Assembly (NCBI GenBank): GCA_963693365.1 | Contig: CAVNZM010000011.1 | Span: forward strand, 1,596,989 to 1,660,988 | Length of the DNA stretch: 64,000 bases | DNA from: Amoebidium appalachense | Lineage: Eukaryota; Protista; Ichthyosporea | Direction: 5' to 3' | In this document: one piece after another, positions 63,378-64,000 of the stretch | Layout: each line of letters begins with the position of its first letter | Numbering within the stretch: position 1 is the first letter of the stretch | Made by a program: the position numbers and the translations under genes | Notes under the pieces: generated by a model | The model's database searches: none | Told to the model about the DNA's origin: nothing | Seen by the model: only the letters and a program-made list of their open reading frames with translations

Positions 63378-64000
63378 ATGAGTGGTCCACTTGTGCGTTT
63401 TGCAACCGAAGCTGATGCTGATGATGTTGTGCGATTGGTAAAGGCCTTGGCCGTGTATGAAAAGTTCGACCCAGAAAAGGATGTGAAACTAACACGTACG
63501 TGAGTATTTGTGCTTGTTTATATGCGCACAATTGTGTGCACGGGTGCCCTATTGTGCGCAAGTTTGAGGATCCTCAAGAGAATTTGTTGATGCGAAGAGG
63601 GGGCGGGGGAGGGGGGAGAGAGGGAGAGCGAGAGAGCGGGGGCAAAAAGGGGGGGAGGGGGGAGGGACCAAGGGGGAGAGGAAAGAGGGGGTTGCTTTTG
63701 GTTTTACCTGCATGCAGTCCTGTCTGTTTGGACAAAAACTTACTCTTCTTTTGAAATATGTTCTAAAGTAGATATTTAAAAGTAGACATCAAATTTTTTT
63801 CGGTGTGCCAAGTCCAGTGATTTCCAACCATGGACTGTGTGACCTATGCCCCACCGCGCTCTAGCTCTCCTGCAATCTGATAAATGCTTTAGCTGGAAAA
63901 GAACCAAGTGTTTGGGAGCTTTGGCTTCAGCCACTTCGTGTGCGTGGTCTCACACGGACTGTGTGCAGGAGAAATCGTGCTCCGTGACGGCTTTACTGAG
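63378..64000 (+). CDS. Host GNAT diamine (SSAT-like) acetyltransferase, 5' part; exons 63,378-63,495 and 63,969 to window end
   Basis: MSGPLVRFATEADADDVVRLVKALAVYEK..VKLT|REIVLRDGFTE; GT-AG intron in phase; not in the ORF track. Confidence 0.82.

Overview
The window spans the right-hand end of a giant endogenous viral element and its junction with a eukaryotic host chromosome. Bases 1 to ~45,700 are gene-dense, intron-less and GC-rich, with Nucleocytoviricota-type genes: an A22/RuvC-like Holliday junction resolvase, an A16/G9/J5-like entry-fusion protein, two penton-like proteins, SWIB, Nudix, Bro-N-like and DUF559 proteins, a frameshifted SF3 helicase, C2H2 zinc fingers, lectin/fibre proteins, two proteases and an aquaporin. 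Many genes are broken by homopolymer frameshifts or in-frame stops. Bases ~45,800-46,500 are subterminal tandem repeats. They are followed by a ~460-bp near-perfect palindrome (46,532-46,994) that contains both complementary (flip/flop) versions of its tip and looks like an opened hairpin telomere. From ~47,000 the DNA is host-like, with spliceosomal introns full of poly-C/G, (CA)n and (GA)n, and carries HPPD, a PHD/Myb gene and the start of a GNAT acetyltransferase. The host style would fit a unicellular opisthokont such as an ichthyosporean, but this is inference only. All family calls are by-eye motif recognition; no database searches were run.
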